Assembly (NCBI GenBank): GCA_964035545.1
Contig: OZ037767.1
Location: forward strand, 19,546,628 to 19,610,627
Reading direction: 5' to 3'
DNA: 64,000 nt
DNA from: Bugula neritina
Taxonomy: Eukaryota > Animalia > Bryozoa
In this document: positions 1 to 14,060 of the stretch, piece after piece
Layout: every line of letters begins with the position of its first letter
Position numbering within the stretch: the first letter of the stretch is position 1
Translations under genes and position numbers: made by a program
Notes under the pieces: model-generated
What the model was told of the DNA's origin: nothing
Databases searched by the model: none
Seen by the model: only the letters and a program-made list of their open reading frames with translations

Positions 1-218
1 ACTTTATTTGATTTGCAGAAGTTGATGATTGACTAAAGTCAAGTTTCAATGGCTTCCGTAAATGAAAGCCAAATTGTAGAATTGCCTGGCCACATTTTAT
101 GGCTTATATTACATTCACGTGCTTCTAGGTATGACATTTAGAGTGTCAGATTTTGTATGTAGAGCTGTGTTTATTAGGCAACATAGATGCCATATAGTCA
201 CAACTGTTACTCTTTTAG

Positions 219-487
219 AATTTGAAAACGCAAACGGAGAAAATAAGAGTGTGAAAGACTCGACTGTGATCAACGCCTTACAAGACCAAGCCCAGCTGGC
301 CCTCAGCAAACACATTAGTCAAGTTTATCCCACACAGCCTTCCAGATTCGGGAAACTACTGCTGATGCTGCCAGCCCTGAGAACTATTAATGCATCAAGC
401 ATCGAAGAGATCTTTTTTAGAAACTCAATCGGTTCTATTCCAATTGAACGTCTGCTAACTGACATGTACAAATCACAAGAACTGTAG
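219..487 (+). CDS. NR2E1: Terminal coding exon of a tailless/TLX (NR2E1)-type orphan nuclear receptor (end of ligand-binding domain)
   Basis: Acceptor TCTTTTAG ends at 218. The translation ...ALQDQAQLALSKHISQVYPTQPSRFGKLLLMLPALRTINASSIEEIFFRNSIGSIPIERLLTDMYKSQEL* closely resembles the TLX C-terminus as I recall it ([50 protein letters not shown]). Stop TAG at 485-487, AATAAA near 1086. Upstream exons lie outside the window; NR2E3/PNR is not fully excluded. Confidence 0.85.
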
Positions 488-3232
488 AACAATTGTTGTG
501 TTGATTGTACATAACACATCCTTAATGTAGTTTTTTTTATGTGATTTTAATTTATTTGCCATTTTATTTATTCATGGAACTTTTTTGAACACGCGAGGCA
601 TCAGATTCTCAAGAGGTAAAATTCTGTTATAAAATATGACTGAACTGAGATAATATTAGTAACAGCATGCATATATTTTTGTTGTCATACACCATTATAT
701 GAATAGTTTAAAATTTGCACCAACAGTTTTAAAGTCATTTGGTATCTTCTGCGTTATTTTTAAATTATTAACCTGAAAAACCGCATGTTTTAAAGTTGGG
801 ATAATTCTATTTTCCCAGAAATATAATATACATCTTTATAAGTAGCTGCATAGAACATGCAAAACAGTCAATAACGTATTTCTGCAGTTCTATGTGTATA
901 AATTGACTCTATAGTTCAATTATGTTTATTCATAACTATATATGATTGGTGGAAATCTCATTTTTAGGTAATGTTTAAAATTTAAGCTATAGCAATGAGG
1001 CTTATTCTGAGGACTTTGGAATGACAGTAATTAATGATGAATTATATTTTTATTTTTGTTTAAATGTTGTACCATTTGATATTGCAATAAAATATACTTG
1101 TATAAAAATATAATTGGAGTTTTTGTATTACTAATTACTATTGTATTATTCATAAAATTATTATAAAAAAATTGAAATATTTTAATGTATTAAACTAAGA
1201 TATTTCATTTATTATGCTTTATAATCAGATGAGTTTTCAACTTGTTGACATAAAAAAACAATAATTGGCTTCTAAACAATTGTTATAAAATTAATAAAAA
1301 CTTTGCTTCATTTTAAATTTTATTGCTACAATCTATGCAAGAGCTATACTTGCAAAATATTTTTGCTAATGATGTGAGAAAATGATCGATCACAACTCAA
1401 ACTTTTAATGCAAGCAGGTAGGTATTGATTTCTGATATTGATCACTAATTTGCAATTTATGAAGTCAGTGATTACTAATAGCACGTTGCCCTTTTGACCT
1501 CAATGCTATCAGGAACAGTATAATATATAGACCTACATGGAGGGTTCAAAAAGTAGAGAATATATCTCACTAATACACACTGTCCAACTAACCAGCCTTT
1601 ACAAATGTGCCATAATTGCTCCAAGCAAAATGAAAAGCGGCTAAATATATTTGTATCGTGTAAATGTAACGTAAAAAATTATAATATAATATCACATCAT
1701 AAATATTATTGTGCATGAGTTTAGCTACAGCATAGCTAAAGCTGTTTATTACAAAACAACATCTTGCTTATCGTTTATAATATATTTTTCTTTTGGGACA
1801 TTAGACAGTACAGACTATGGGTGAAATTTCCTCATAATTTTGTTATAGAGTTAAATTTTTGTGCTTCACAAGAGGAGATAAAACTTGTCATACTTTGCTT
1901 GAATAGCTGAATTTTATCGTTCTCTGTACAGTGCCTTTTGTGTGGTGATTCAAATCGTGCAATATTTCAAAACTGGGTGGCTGTGAACGTTAGTTTACGC
2001 TTTGGTACAAGGGCGATCACATGGCGTCCCGACCTGGTTACCTTGAACACTAAGGCTAGGCTGACATATGCAACCATGAATCAGCTTACCCAGTGATGGT
2101 CTCATATGCATGAGTCGTAGAAGGCAGCTAATTGGAGATATTGAATTTGCTTTATCTATGCAGCAAAAGTGAATGAATTCTAACAAAACGTGTACTTAAC
2201 TGGCTCTGATTGAGAGAAAGGTTACAAGGTACAACTTGGTCACTATACTATGCAGCTCCATTTTGTATACAATTTTATTATTAAGTCAATTTCTCAATGA
2301 AAACACCAACACTGTTGGTATTCACAATTCAACTGATAATCCATTTATTATCTTTTTTAAAACAAAGGCAAGGGGGAACAGGAACGTTTAAAGGATAAAT
2401 ATCCACCAGTGGAACAGAGGCTAGCATATTGCCTTTGAACTCCCCCACTGCACTGACTCAGTGTTATTGTTTGAACATAAAGTTAAAACGAATAACAAAA
2501 CGATTGATTTTTGTGGTAACTCAGATAAATGACTGTATAGATCTGTATTCGTTCACAGAGTACAAAAATGTATATTATTTAGATGTTGTACTGGTGCAGC
2601 ACTCAGTTACCATAACTTAAGGATTGCTGCGTGAGAAGATGTGACTACAGAGTAACTGCAGAGTAAACAGCTAAAAAACAAGTTCTAAATACATGCCATT
2701 TAAGGTAGACTGGCATACTTAAAATCTTAACATAACCAAATTAAACTAGTCAAATGGGTTAGGAAGTTTCAGATGGAAAATATAACAGAGTAGAGACATC
2801 TTAAGTGGTACAAATATTTATATTCAGCCAATTAAAATAATACTATTTATACTATCAGAAAGAATATGAAACCAAGTTATTTACAATTTATTTCACACTT
2901 AACTTAATTGTAACATTTAAAGTAAACTATTGTCCTCATATAAGAGTGTTAAAAAATTATTTCTTGATATATTACCTTACAAAAATTCAATATAGTATGG
3001 ACGGAACATATTTATAGTAAACAACCCACAACATTCAGAATATAAAATAAGAAAACCAGCCATATAATTGGCCAAGAAGTGGAAGTATTCTAAATTGAGG
3101 CTACATTATAGTACAAATTAAACACAATTTCTTAGTTCAAAATACAACAGAACAGCAACTAAGCTAAACGTACTCTAACAATAAATTAATATATATCAAC
3201 ATCTAAGCATAAGGTTTCAGCTCTAGCAACGT

Positions 3233-6200
3233 CTAGTATTTTGTTTCCCACAGAGATATTCTTTGCTGGTGTTCAAACACTGCCTGGTCAATTTTAGGGG
3301 TGGGTAGAGTCAGAGCCCGTGGCTGATAGCCATGTTGGTCGGTAGAAACAAATCGGTGAAAAGCCAACTCTGGCTTAAACAGCTTCATAAGTGTAGGTTT
3401 TTCTACATTAGGCTACAAAAAGGGGAAATTCATTTACAATACAAAGTTGTGCAGAAAAGCAGCCAAATAAAAGGTAAAACATTTTCTTCAAGTTATAGAA
3501 AACATGCGGCTTTTCGAACTAACAATAGAATGTCATGTTTTATCTGTACTGGTGGTAGAGCACCATTACAATGTAGTTTGAAGCACACATTGTTAATATT
3601 ATTTAAAATTTAAACCTAAATTCACATTCTTGTGCTTTACATAGACCTTTTCCTGCGCAGTATCAAATGTAGGACAGCCAAAATATATTGTAAGCCCTTT
3701 TATGCTACTTGAAGATGGATAAATTTTAATATAACTAATAAAGAATTCACTAATATGATGTGTTGGGCCTGACTTGACCGAAATTTCAACAACTTTCATG
3801 GACAGATTAAAAATAATAGAAAATGGCTACTGCACTCGTTGAACTACCAACTTACATCATCACCTTACATTGGGACACATAATCATATTATTCTTGATGA
3901 TGGATCTACACAATCATACTCATTATTATAACAACTAAAGACACATTTATATCGAAGATAAAAAAATGGGAAGAAGGTAATAGTTTAAAGTAGTAGGCAA
4001 TAGTTGGTGGTAGCTAGTAAAACTCTGCAATAGTTGGAAAGAGTACCTGGTTCTCCAGGTACTACATTGTACCTGGTTACCATCTACCTGTATTTCTACC
4101 TATTCACTTACAGTATATCTACCTCTTCACTTACAGTGTATCTACGCCTTTACTTACAGTATATATACCTCTTTACTTACAGCATATCTACGCCTTTACT
4201 TACAGTATATCTACGCCTTTACTTACAGTATATCTACGCCTTCACTTACAGTATATATACCTCTTTACTTACAGTGTATCTACGCCTTTACTTACAGTAT
4301 ATCTACGCCTTCACTTACAGTATATATACCTCTTTACTTACAGTGTATCTACGCCTTTACTTACAGTATATATACCTCTTTACTTACAGTGTATCTACGC
4401 CTTTACTTACAGTATATCTACGCCTTCACTTACAGTATATATACCTCTTTACTTACAGTGTATCTACGCCTTTACTTACAGTATATATACCTCTTTACTT
4501 ACAGTGTATCTACGCCTTTACTTACAGTATATCTACGCCTTTACTTACAGTATATCTACGCCTTCACTTACAGTATATATACCTCTTTACTTACAGTGTA
4601 TCTACGCCTTCACTTACAGTATATATACCTCTTTACTTACAGTGTATCTACCTCTTTACTTACAGTATATCTACCTCTTTACTTACAGTATATCTACATT
4701 ATTAACCTTTCAAAAGTTTTCAAAGCTTCATTTTAAATCGAGAACCATTTTTTAAAAATTATGCAACAGCTCATAATTGTAAAATAAGGCGAGTCATGAC
4801 TGAACAATACACAACACACACTCTTCTGGACTGGCGGCAATTTGTAAATATATCAAAACTGCATACAACGCCTCGCGTCCCAGAAAATTTCTAAATTCAA
4901 AAATTGGAAATTAAATATCATGGTATAGAGAAAATTGATTTCATGGTGAAACTGAATATATTAAAACAACTCAACATCACTATGGTAATTATTCACAATT
5001 AGTGGTCTTTAGCTTCATCATTGAGTTGATGAAAGAAGCTGGTGGCTTTTTGAAATTGTCTTTTAACAAAACTCTCCCAGTGAATTGTATAGCAATAGAC
5101 ACAATAGAATCTAGAGGGTAAATTGTTTGCTTGAATTAGCATAAATATGCGACAGTTACAATGGGAGTCAGGCCCCCAGTCTGACTTTGCTACTGCTACA
5201 ACCAATGCAAACATCCCTTTCAATGTCACTTTGACTTCAGCCCCTTCTAAATGCTTAAAAATAATTACCTTATAATTCATGAAAAATGCAAATATATGCA
5301 TATTCGGCTATTACATTCTTTTTAAACTAATTTAGAGGGACACTGCCTGGAGTATACTGTGTCTACAGGGAGCTATAATTTAAATATACAGACACTTGGG
5401 GCATTCAATTTAATAAAATTAAACTTGATTCTGGTGCAATTAAATTCCATTAGAGTGCAAATCATAGCGCAATTAGGATAATTTTTAAGGTGATGTTCGA
5501 GTATTTAACATAATTATAATACTAAAACAGGATAAGTGAAAACAAAATAACTCCTTATTCTACCAATAAGATATATATACATGTTTTGCTGAAGAAAGTT
5601 ACTTACTCTATCAATAAGAAATGCTAGACACTACATTCACACACTAAAACCAGCAGAACAACAGTAAATACAGCCTGCTTGAGCATTTACTTTGTAGTAG
5701 TTTGTGAATCTGTAATTGTAAACTTTCGACACTTTTATATTCTCGGCAAAATAAGAGAAAATACAAACTGATTCTGTTTGACAAAAAACCCATAGATTGA
5801 ACTGTGCTACACCGCATACTGTGATACTATATACTTTGATACTGTGACACTGTGTACTGTGATCCTATGTACTGTGACACTGCGTACTGTGATACTATGT
5901 ACTGTGACACTGTGTACTGTGACACTGTGTACTGTGACACTATGTACTGTGATACTATGTACTGTGATACTGTGACACTGTGTACTGTGATACTATGTAC
6001 TGTGATACTATGTACTGTGATACTGTGACACTGTGTACTGTGATACTATGTACTGTGACACTGCGTACTGTGATACTATGTACTGTGACACTGTGTACTG
6101 TGACACTGTGTACTGTGACACTATGTACTGTGATACTATGTACTGTGATACTGTGTACTGTGACACTATGTACTGTGATACTGTGACACTGTGTACTGTG

Positions 6201-9200
6201 ATACTATGTACTGTGACACTGTGTACTGTGATACTATGTACTGTGATACTATGTACTGTGATACTATGTACTGTGATACTGTGTACTGTGATACTGTGTA
6301 CTGTGATACTGTGTACTGTGATACTGTGATACTGTGTACTGTGATACTATATACTGTGATACTGTGTACTGTGACACTGTGTACTGTGATACTATGTACT
6401 GTGATACTATGTACTGTGATACTATGTACTGTGATACTGTGACACTATGTGCTGTGATACTATGTACTGTGATACTATGTACTGTGATACTATGTACTGT
6501 GATACTATATACTGTGATACTGTGTACTGTGACACTGTGTACTGTGACACTGTGTACTGTGATACTATATACTGTGATACTATGTACTGTAATACTATGT
6601 ACTGTGATACTATGTACTGTGACACTGTGTACTGTGACACTGTGTATTGTGACACTGTGTACTGTGATACTGTGACACTGTGGACTGTGACACTGTGTAC
6701 TGTGATACTGTGACACTATGTGCTGTGATCCTATGACCTAAGAAACTAAGAGTGGCTACACAATATTAAAGTTTTACTCGGAAGAAATGTTAGCGTGCTT
6801 AGAGTTATCTACTCATTTGTAAAATTTCTGATTCTATTTAAAAGACCAACAGAAGATATGATATAGCCTACCTTAGGTTTAGCAGGAAACGGCTTGACTG
6901 CCTTGCTTAGTTGCTGTTCAGACTTTTTTATCACCACTTCTTCGGGGACGTTCACCGAGATAGCCTGAGTGAAGGCACTGGGAGACTTGGGCCGCTCATT
7001 CAGCTTAGCAAATGTCTAAACAGTAATAAACAGACATTCAAGTGCAGGCGTTATATGGGAAGGAAACTCCGATTTCCTAGCTAAAAATTTATTCAGTGTT
7101 TCATACAAAACCATACTGTTTGATTCTTGCACTAAAATTCAGAGTTATGGGCCTGAATGACAGCAAGCCCTGTCCCCTCCCCTAAACAGTTTATGTTAAG
7201 CTTGACATCTTTCCGTTTCTACGGAAACTGTGAGTTATGTCAGAGCAGAGAAAGACTATCTGCTAAATGAAATGTTACAGTCCATACTTGTGCAGTGAAC
7301 TGCCTGCAGGTTGAATATTGAAAATTTTCAACACAAAGTTTAAACAAATTAAATATGGTGGATAACTTTGATATATTAGATGCTGCCTTCTCACTACTCT
7401 CCCTCTAAGGATATCTAAAATGCTGTTAAAAACTGCACATGTTAATATTTATTAAGTCATGTGGCATTTGACTGCCTTTCATCTTGCTATGATTTTTCAT
7501 ACTTGTTTCATAACACATCCTTTTGAAATGAGAACATTTGCTCTTACCTCAAATTTGATTTATTAGGAAGGAACACAACTCCCAAAAATTTTAAATAAAA
7601 CGAATTTAATTAATATAAGGTTATGACTGCTAAAAGTTTCTAGCAAAACTTCGAGCAAATGAGATATTTTTCCAAATAACTTTACCAAAAATGGTTTTCT
7701 AAGAGCGGATAACTCTGTTCTTAATAACTAGGAATGCAGTTTAAAGAACCAAGTAAAAGAGAAAGCAACTTCAAAGTATCCAAATTATTGCTAAAAAGCA
7801 GCCAGCTTGTGTTGTTTATAATTAACACCAATAAATTATAAGCTTTAAACTTGAAACAATAATATATGAATTATTGAAAAAGACAATTTGAAACATTCAT
7901 GTGTTATAGCTGACCAACACTAGAACATAATATGTGGGATTTATATTCTTTTTTTAACTTTCTTACCCAGGCAATGGGAAAGTACCCCTACAGGAAAGTC
8001 AAAGTGACTCAATCGCAAGAGTTGTCTTACCTTCTGTTTGACAAGATTCCTGTCAGGCTGAGAAACGGCGAGTCGATGTTTGACTGCCTCCACAATGTCG
8101 ATATTCATAGTCTGCAATCTGAGTATGTCTCGGCCTACATTCAGTGTAGTGTGCAGTTCTGGTGTGTTCAGGTGGTTGTCTTCTCTTTCTCTGATAACGC
8201 AAACACAGGGGGCAAAGGTCAACTTAGCATCAACCAAATGTATGCTCAGAAACTAATTAAGGTTAAATAAAGGTCAACTAAACAACACACAATATTTATG
8301 AGAATTGACAGAAATCTGATTATATACTTAATCTATGTATATGTTTATATGACAGTGTCTATGACATGTATAGAAACTTGTTTGCATCTGACAGAAATAT
8401 TTTCTGAAAAAATATCTGAGCTATTGAATCCTATAAAGTAGATTCCACTACGATAGTAAAGACAAAATCAATTGCCATAAAAACGTGTACATTATTTATT
8501 CTGAGTCATATTTTTCATAGGTTGGTAATAAAATAAGGTTGTTGACAATGAGCTGAGCACCAACAGGAGTAACAATACTGTGTACTCATATTATCAAATA
8601 TGGGTAAAACACTGTGAAAATGGTAGTTATCTGCCCACCTGTGTCGCTCAGCGAATACTTTACTTGACTTTGCTTGTTCCGCTCGCTTCTGCTGTCTCCG
8701 TTTACCAGATGGTTTGGAGAAAGACTCTTTCACAGAGTGGGAAGGTAACTCTACATCAACTAGTCCACAATTTTCCTTCGACACCATTTCTACCTAAAGG
8801 TGTAGAAAAAGCGTACTCAGTTTTCTATTTCATGAACTAGTAGTTTTCTGCTATGTTTTAACAAAGTTATATATCTGTGGAAATTCTACACTACATATTA
8901 CCCGGAATGCACTACCTGCACATTACCCAGAATGCACTACCTGTATATATTACCCATAATACACTATCTGTATATTACCCAGAATACACTACCTGCTTAG
9001 GTAACAAAAACCACAAGATTTACTAGAATTGAAATTCTAGTCACAAAAAACAGCTAAATTTCTGATAGTGTAAGTCACACCAATAGAGAAAAGCTGCGAG
9101 TTTCTTAACAATAGGAAATGCAGGGCGGACTAGAAACAGTTGTTACAGCGGCACTAACCTTGCGCCGAGCCCTCACTTTATCTGGACTAGTGAAGCGTAC

Positions 9201-9341
9201 GGTCTTCTTGGAGCAAGCTTGCAGTGGAGACCTTTCAGGGGTGAGACCAAGTTGAGGGTCTGGTTTAAATGGCATAGCTTGCGGGTGGGGAAAACATCTC
9301 CCAGAAAGCATTGGAATATTGTCTTTAGTGCTCTCAGCCAT
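3233..9341 (-). CDS. PPP1R35: Protein phosphatase 1 regulatory subunit 35-like (centriolar protein), 5 coding exons
   Basis: Phase-compatible GT-AG exons: 9341-9159 (alternative donor at 9177; alternative ATG at 9350), 8793-8639, 8190-8031, 7015-6872, 3412-3233. The product has an RVxF-type PP1 docking motif (KTVRF) and the PPP1R35 C-terminal pattern (LNTPELHTTLNVGRDI..., LNERPKSPSAFTQAISVNVPEEVV..., PTLMKLFKPELAF..., VFEHQQRISLWETKY*). An acceptor at 9372-9373 implies an upstream non-coding exon. Confidence 0.75.
4101..4700. repeat. 23-bp minisatellite (TTTACTTACAGTRTATCTACGCC / ...TATATACCTC), about 26 copies, in the last PPP1R35 intron
   Basis: Tandem units are directly visible; ORFs across it repeat every 23 aa. 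Confidence 0.95.
5815..6730. repeat. 15-bp minisatellite (ACTGTGAYACTRTGT), roughly 60 copies with occasional 8-bp partial units
   Basis: Directly visible; explains the MYCDT/LCTVI repeat ORFs. Confidence 0.95.
8895..8997. repeat. Short degenerate ~23-27-bp tandem repeat (ATTACCCAGAATRCACTACCTG), about 4 copies
   Basis: Directly visible. Confidence 0.7.
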
Positions 9342-11067
9342 CACAATCATACCGTCACGGGTAACGCTTATCTGTCAAAAAAAATAAACAACTCAAGATT
9401 AAGTTTTTTATGTGTTTGACAGTTTTGTATTCATGAAGCATGTAATAGTTCACAGCACATAGCATGCCCATCATACTAATAACGGTTTAATAGTATGATA
9501 TCAATCTTGCAACTTTTTGGTTGCAAATTTACCCTTAATTAAGTTATGGAATTTTTTCAAGCACAAAGCACTATTCTAAATACTAGCAAAATATATCATC
9601 AAATAGGTCAAAATGCAAATGCAAACAGATTTTTCGACTATTGGAAAGCAACCTTATGTAACACCTCATAATTTTGATAATTTAAATTTAATTTCTTTGG
9701 AATTTTGTTTCAACTCACAACTAATGAGGGGTTCAGAATATGTGTGATACTCCTACAGAGTTTAATTCTCAGTTCAATCTTACAGAAATTTGAACAAATC
9801 CAGTATTACATTAAGCAAACTATAATACAAACTTAATAAATAGTCTCAAACCAATTACTCCTACTGTAACTATTAACCTAGTACTTGAATTCACAACCAG
9901 TGATGACAGTGTTTATGCATACTTTCTGAATAGAGGATCTCCCAAATTGATTTTCAGCTTCAATAAAACACAACTTTATAAGTAAATTATAGATATTTAC
10001 TAATTTATTTCAGCACTAGCATTAATTTTCCTTAGAATAGATTCTACAAAATTGCCAAAATTTATGGCAAATGATTAGCAATTTCAAAATCAAGTTGATG
10101 AGCCAATAAATAAGAATAAGAACAAATCAAGTAAAACAAAAGTGGCTAACAATTTGCCTGAAGTTCACAATATGCATATCAAGTGAGCAACCAGTCAATT
10201 CAACATCAGTTTAATTTAAATTCACACCTTTATTAATTTAATTAATCGTTTTGTTTTCAATTTCATTTATATTATAACAATGAAAATAAATTTTAAGATG
10301 CTGGCATGATCATTTAATGTTAGCAAACATCATAGCACTATTTTGTGTACGAAACGACCGGTGTAGGAAATTACTTGTGTACGTTTGACAGGAACCCTTT
10401 CAGTCTTACCTTAACTCCATCATTAACACTAAGTCTAAGTACTTATTACTGTAAGTGCATTATTTATTAAATTTATTATTCATCATGATCATCGTTTCAT
10501 CTTAACAATAATATTCATATTCATATGATTATCATCAAAATGCTGAAAACTTAAACACTGTTAATGTTTTACCTTTTAGGTTGCTATTACTACTAGTACC
10601 AGTATCTTAATCTTTAACAAAGTAACATATTGATAATCCAATAACTAATAACCATTATGACTATTACTATGATTATCCCTTTAGGTATGGACCCTAGGGT
10701 TTAACCATTTATGATTATAAACTTTTAGTTTTTTACATCTACTTTGAGTTAAAGTTTATGATCTTTCAGTTTCATTGTCAAACTCATTCAGATTTTTTAA
10801 CCTATGACAATCATTATCATAAAATTATATTGAGATTCTAATTCTATGAGTAAGAGGATGACTTTTGAGTTCCAGGGTGCATGGCATTGACAAGATTCTA
10901 AGTGAAAAGTTGAAGTATTAGTACTACCATTACCGGTACCACTACTAACACTAGTACTACTACTATTACCACTATATTTACTCTCCTATTATTACCGAGT
11001 ATTATATTTAAAATTTAAATTATATTTATAATCATAGACAAAAACTATCACTATGTTTATAGAGCAT

Positions 11068-13020
11068 AGTCTCACCTCATCTATTCTCACCTATCTCCGC
11101 TTTGTCCTGTTCGAGTAGCGGGTTGCTGCCGGAAGCCTAGCTCAATTAGGCTTCTTTACCTAATTCTGTTCTGAACATCCTCTCTAATGAGGGAACAATA
11201 TTAGAGATATTTTCTAATTGTATCCTGCCATCTATGCTTTGGGCGTCTACGGTTTCTCTTTCCCGTAGCTTTCATATTGTGAGCTCCTCTAATATCATAC
11301 TCTTTCTCTCTTTTGTATATATGTCCAAACCACTGTAGCCTTCTTCTCATCAGTTGCAACACATTCATTACTTTTGCTTCTTGCCTTATGCTTTCATTGG
11401 TCTTGTGCTCTTCAAGAGTAATTCCTAGGCAGGAGCGTAGCATTCTCCTCTCGCATACGCCTCACTCTTTCCGCAAGGTAATCAGCCACTAGCCATGTTT
11501 CTGCTCCGTATAGTAGCACTGGTCTGATTACTGTCTTGCAAATGAGGACCTTGAGTCTCTTTGGAACTTTCTGGTCACACAAAATCTTGGTCAGCTCCCT
11601 CAATTTATCCCAGGCTCTGCCAGTGCGCACTTGCACCTCTGTCCTGCATCCTCCATCCTGGTGAATTGTAGCCCCCCCCCCCATGTACTTGAATGTGACT
11701 TTTTGAGGCAAAGTGGCATGGTCAGAGCTATTGTATTCCTTCAATTTAATGTCATCACTGCTTTCTTTTGGTTGTAAGTACTCTGTTTTAGACCTGCTGA
11801 CTTTTAGGCTAACATCCTCTAATCACCTTCTCCAGTCCTCCAATCTTTCTCCTATGTTGTCTATACTCTCATCACATAGTACCAGATCATCTGCAAATAG
11901 CATGCTTTATGGTGTGTCTTCGCCATTTTCATCCAAGATAACATCCATTATAAATATAAAAAGTAATGGGCTTAGGGCTGAGCCCTGGTGTAGCCCAACT
12001 TCCACTTTTATTTTTCCGGTTTCTCTGCATTTTTTTACTACTCTTGTAGTGTCCTTGTACATATCTTTTGTGATATCGATGTAAGCTTCGGGTACATAGT
12101 GCTTCCTTAAACAATGCCATATTAGCTCTCTTGGGATGGTATCGTAGGCCTTTTTCATATGCATTTATTTATTAAATTCCCTGTATTTTTCCTGCAGAAT
12201 GCAAAGGCAAAACATGGGCTCAGTAGCAGATTTGCCTCTTCAAAAAAACCCATATTGGGTGTCCTTTAACTTGACCAACTCCCTTAGCCTTGCTTTGATC
12301 ACGCTTTCATAAAGTCTGAGAGAGTGGCTGAGCAACTTTATACTCCAGTAGTTACCACAGCTGAGGGGGGGTCACCTTTTTGTTTGTAAATGCGGACGAT
12401 TTCACTTTTTTGCCACTTTTTTAGTACTCCTTTTCTTATTGCTTCCCTAAAACATGTTATTCATGTTGTACTTGTGTTCTTGAGTTTCTTAATCATCTCT
12501 ATAGGGAGCTCATCAGGTATTTTTGCTTTATTTGGTTTCATTCTTTCTAACTGGTTTGTAACTTCCTCTTCTGAGATTTCTTCAACTGGACCCTGTACTT
12601 TTCCAGCTGCTGGTATTTCCGGTGTTATGTTTTTGGTATTAAATAGTTTTATGAAATATTCCTTTTATCTTTCCTTGATGTCCTTTTCCTCACTTCTAAT
12701 TTTGCCTTGTTCATCTTTGATAAACACTATGCAGTCTATATCCTTCGATCTCTTCTGCCTTGTCCTTGCTAACCTGTAAATTTTCTTTGTGCCATTTTTT
12801 TTAAATATTTATACAAGTCTTCAAAACCTTTTTTCTTTGCTGCTGCACACTTCTCTTTGCTAGTTTTAGTCAATCTTTTCTAAATCTCCTTGTCTTCAAC
12901 TGATCTTGTTCTTTTTCAGTCTTTGAAAGCTTCTTTTTTCATTTTTCACTGCTTATTGGACTTTCTTGTTTTACCACTATGATTCCTTCTCTATGTACTT
13001 TCCCCTTCTGCTGAACCCTA
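11068..13020 (-). mobile_element. 5'-truncated, frameshifted RTE-like non-LTR retrotransposon (reverse transcriptase remnant)
   Basis: Minus-strand fragments include KKAYDTIPRELIW, GLHQGSALSPLLF, MLFADDLV (at ~11880-11903), IRPVLLYGAETW, RRRLQWFGHI and GKRNRRRPKHRWQD, with multiple frameshifts. Short repeated tail (GGTGAGA) at ~11070-11095. The 5' boundary is approximate. Confidence 0.9.
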
Positions 13021-13819
13021 GTAACTTTTATAGACTTAGAGCATGCATAGTATTAGCTTAAAATGAAAATTTTAATCTTATAACTATAAGTATAACTAAT
13101 ACTAGCCTAGTATAAGACTTACTCTTAGAAATGGTATCTGTATTAGATTAGTATTACTATTAGTATTACTTATAGTTATACTCACTATTAGTATTACTAT
13201 TACTATTAGTATTAGTATTACTATTAGTATTAGCATTATTAATTTTATCATATTCAATCTCATTTAAATAATAATATAGATATTCGAATATATTTATAAC
13301 AAATATAATAATAATATTATTATTATTAAAATTTGACATAACTGATTATCATTATGATTAAGAATAACCATTGGCATTATCAATATCATTATCACTTTAT
13401 GATATCAGATTGTCTTTAAGATTATCAATATCGTATTGATATTCATAATTCATTGACATTGTGATTTACTTTTACTTGTAAAGTATAATAATTTTTCATT
13501 TTATTTTTATTAATATTCTTATAATTATATTTATTCAGTTTTACTTTTAGTTTTACTTCAAAATCAAAGTTTAAAATTTAGGAAATAATGAATAGATAGA
13601 TATTCTAATTTATATCAAGACAATTAAATTTAATATTATAATAAATAATGCAATATAATTTTCTTAAACTTAAATTAGTTTCCAGGTTTATCAAAAGTGC
13701 AAGTTCAAGCTGAGAATAACTCGAAGTTGAAGGGTTCAAACAAAATTATGATTATCATATTATTATCAATATGCTCCAATTAAAACTGCCGCTTTAAAAA
13801 GTAAACAAGTAGCTTTTTG

Positions 13820-14060
13820 TCAAAACCGATTCGGGCTAACGGTTTCCCTCTATCGCAAAACTTGACGCGCACCTGAACCCATTGAAACATAACTCCCAAG
13901 TTGTAATTTAGCTTCGCGTTTTCGTGTTAAGGAAGATAATTCCCTTGGCGTGGCATAATTTCTACCGTTCTGCGTCTATCTACATTGCAATTATATTTAT
14001 TTTTACGCATGTTCAAAGTAAAGTTTCCGTTTCCGGCTGGTAACCCGTTATGCAATATTA
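13820..14060. promoter_or_regulatory. Putative bidirectional promoter and non-coding first exons of PPP1R35 (-) and SDHB (+)
   Basis: Local CpG-rich patch in otherwise CpG-poor DNA. Minus-strand donor CAG|GTGCGC at 13873/13872; plus-strand tandem ETS-like TTTCCGTTTCCGG (14024-14036) followed by donor CTG|GTAACC at 14040. Both flanking genes have acceptors just upstream of their ATG. Inference; no transcript data. Confidence 0.55.

Noticed and set aside
1995-2620. Short ORFs between the nuclear receptor and PPP1R35
   Set aside because: No recognisable motifs or consistent splice signals; likely UTR or intergenic.
4034-6716. Long ORFs (YLRLYLQY..., MYCDT..., SQYHST...)
   Set aside because: Translations of the 23-bp and 15-bp minisatellites inside a PPP1R35 intron; no coding features.
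7941-8253. Full 98-aa ORF, or acceptor at 8253, as the PPP1R35 exon
   Set aside because: Phase-incompatible with the upstream exon; the boundaries 8190 and 8031 give a consistent frame and better splice signals.
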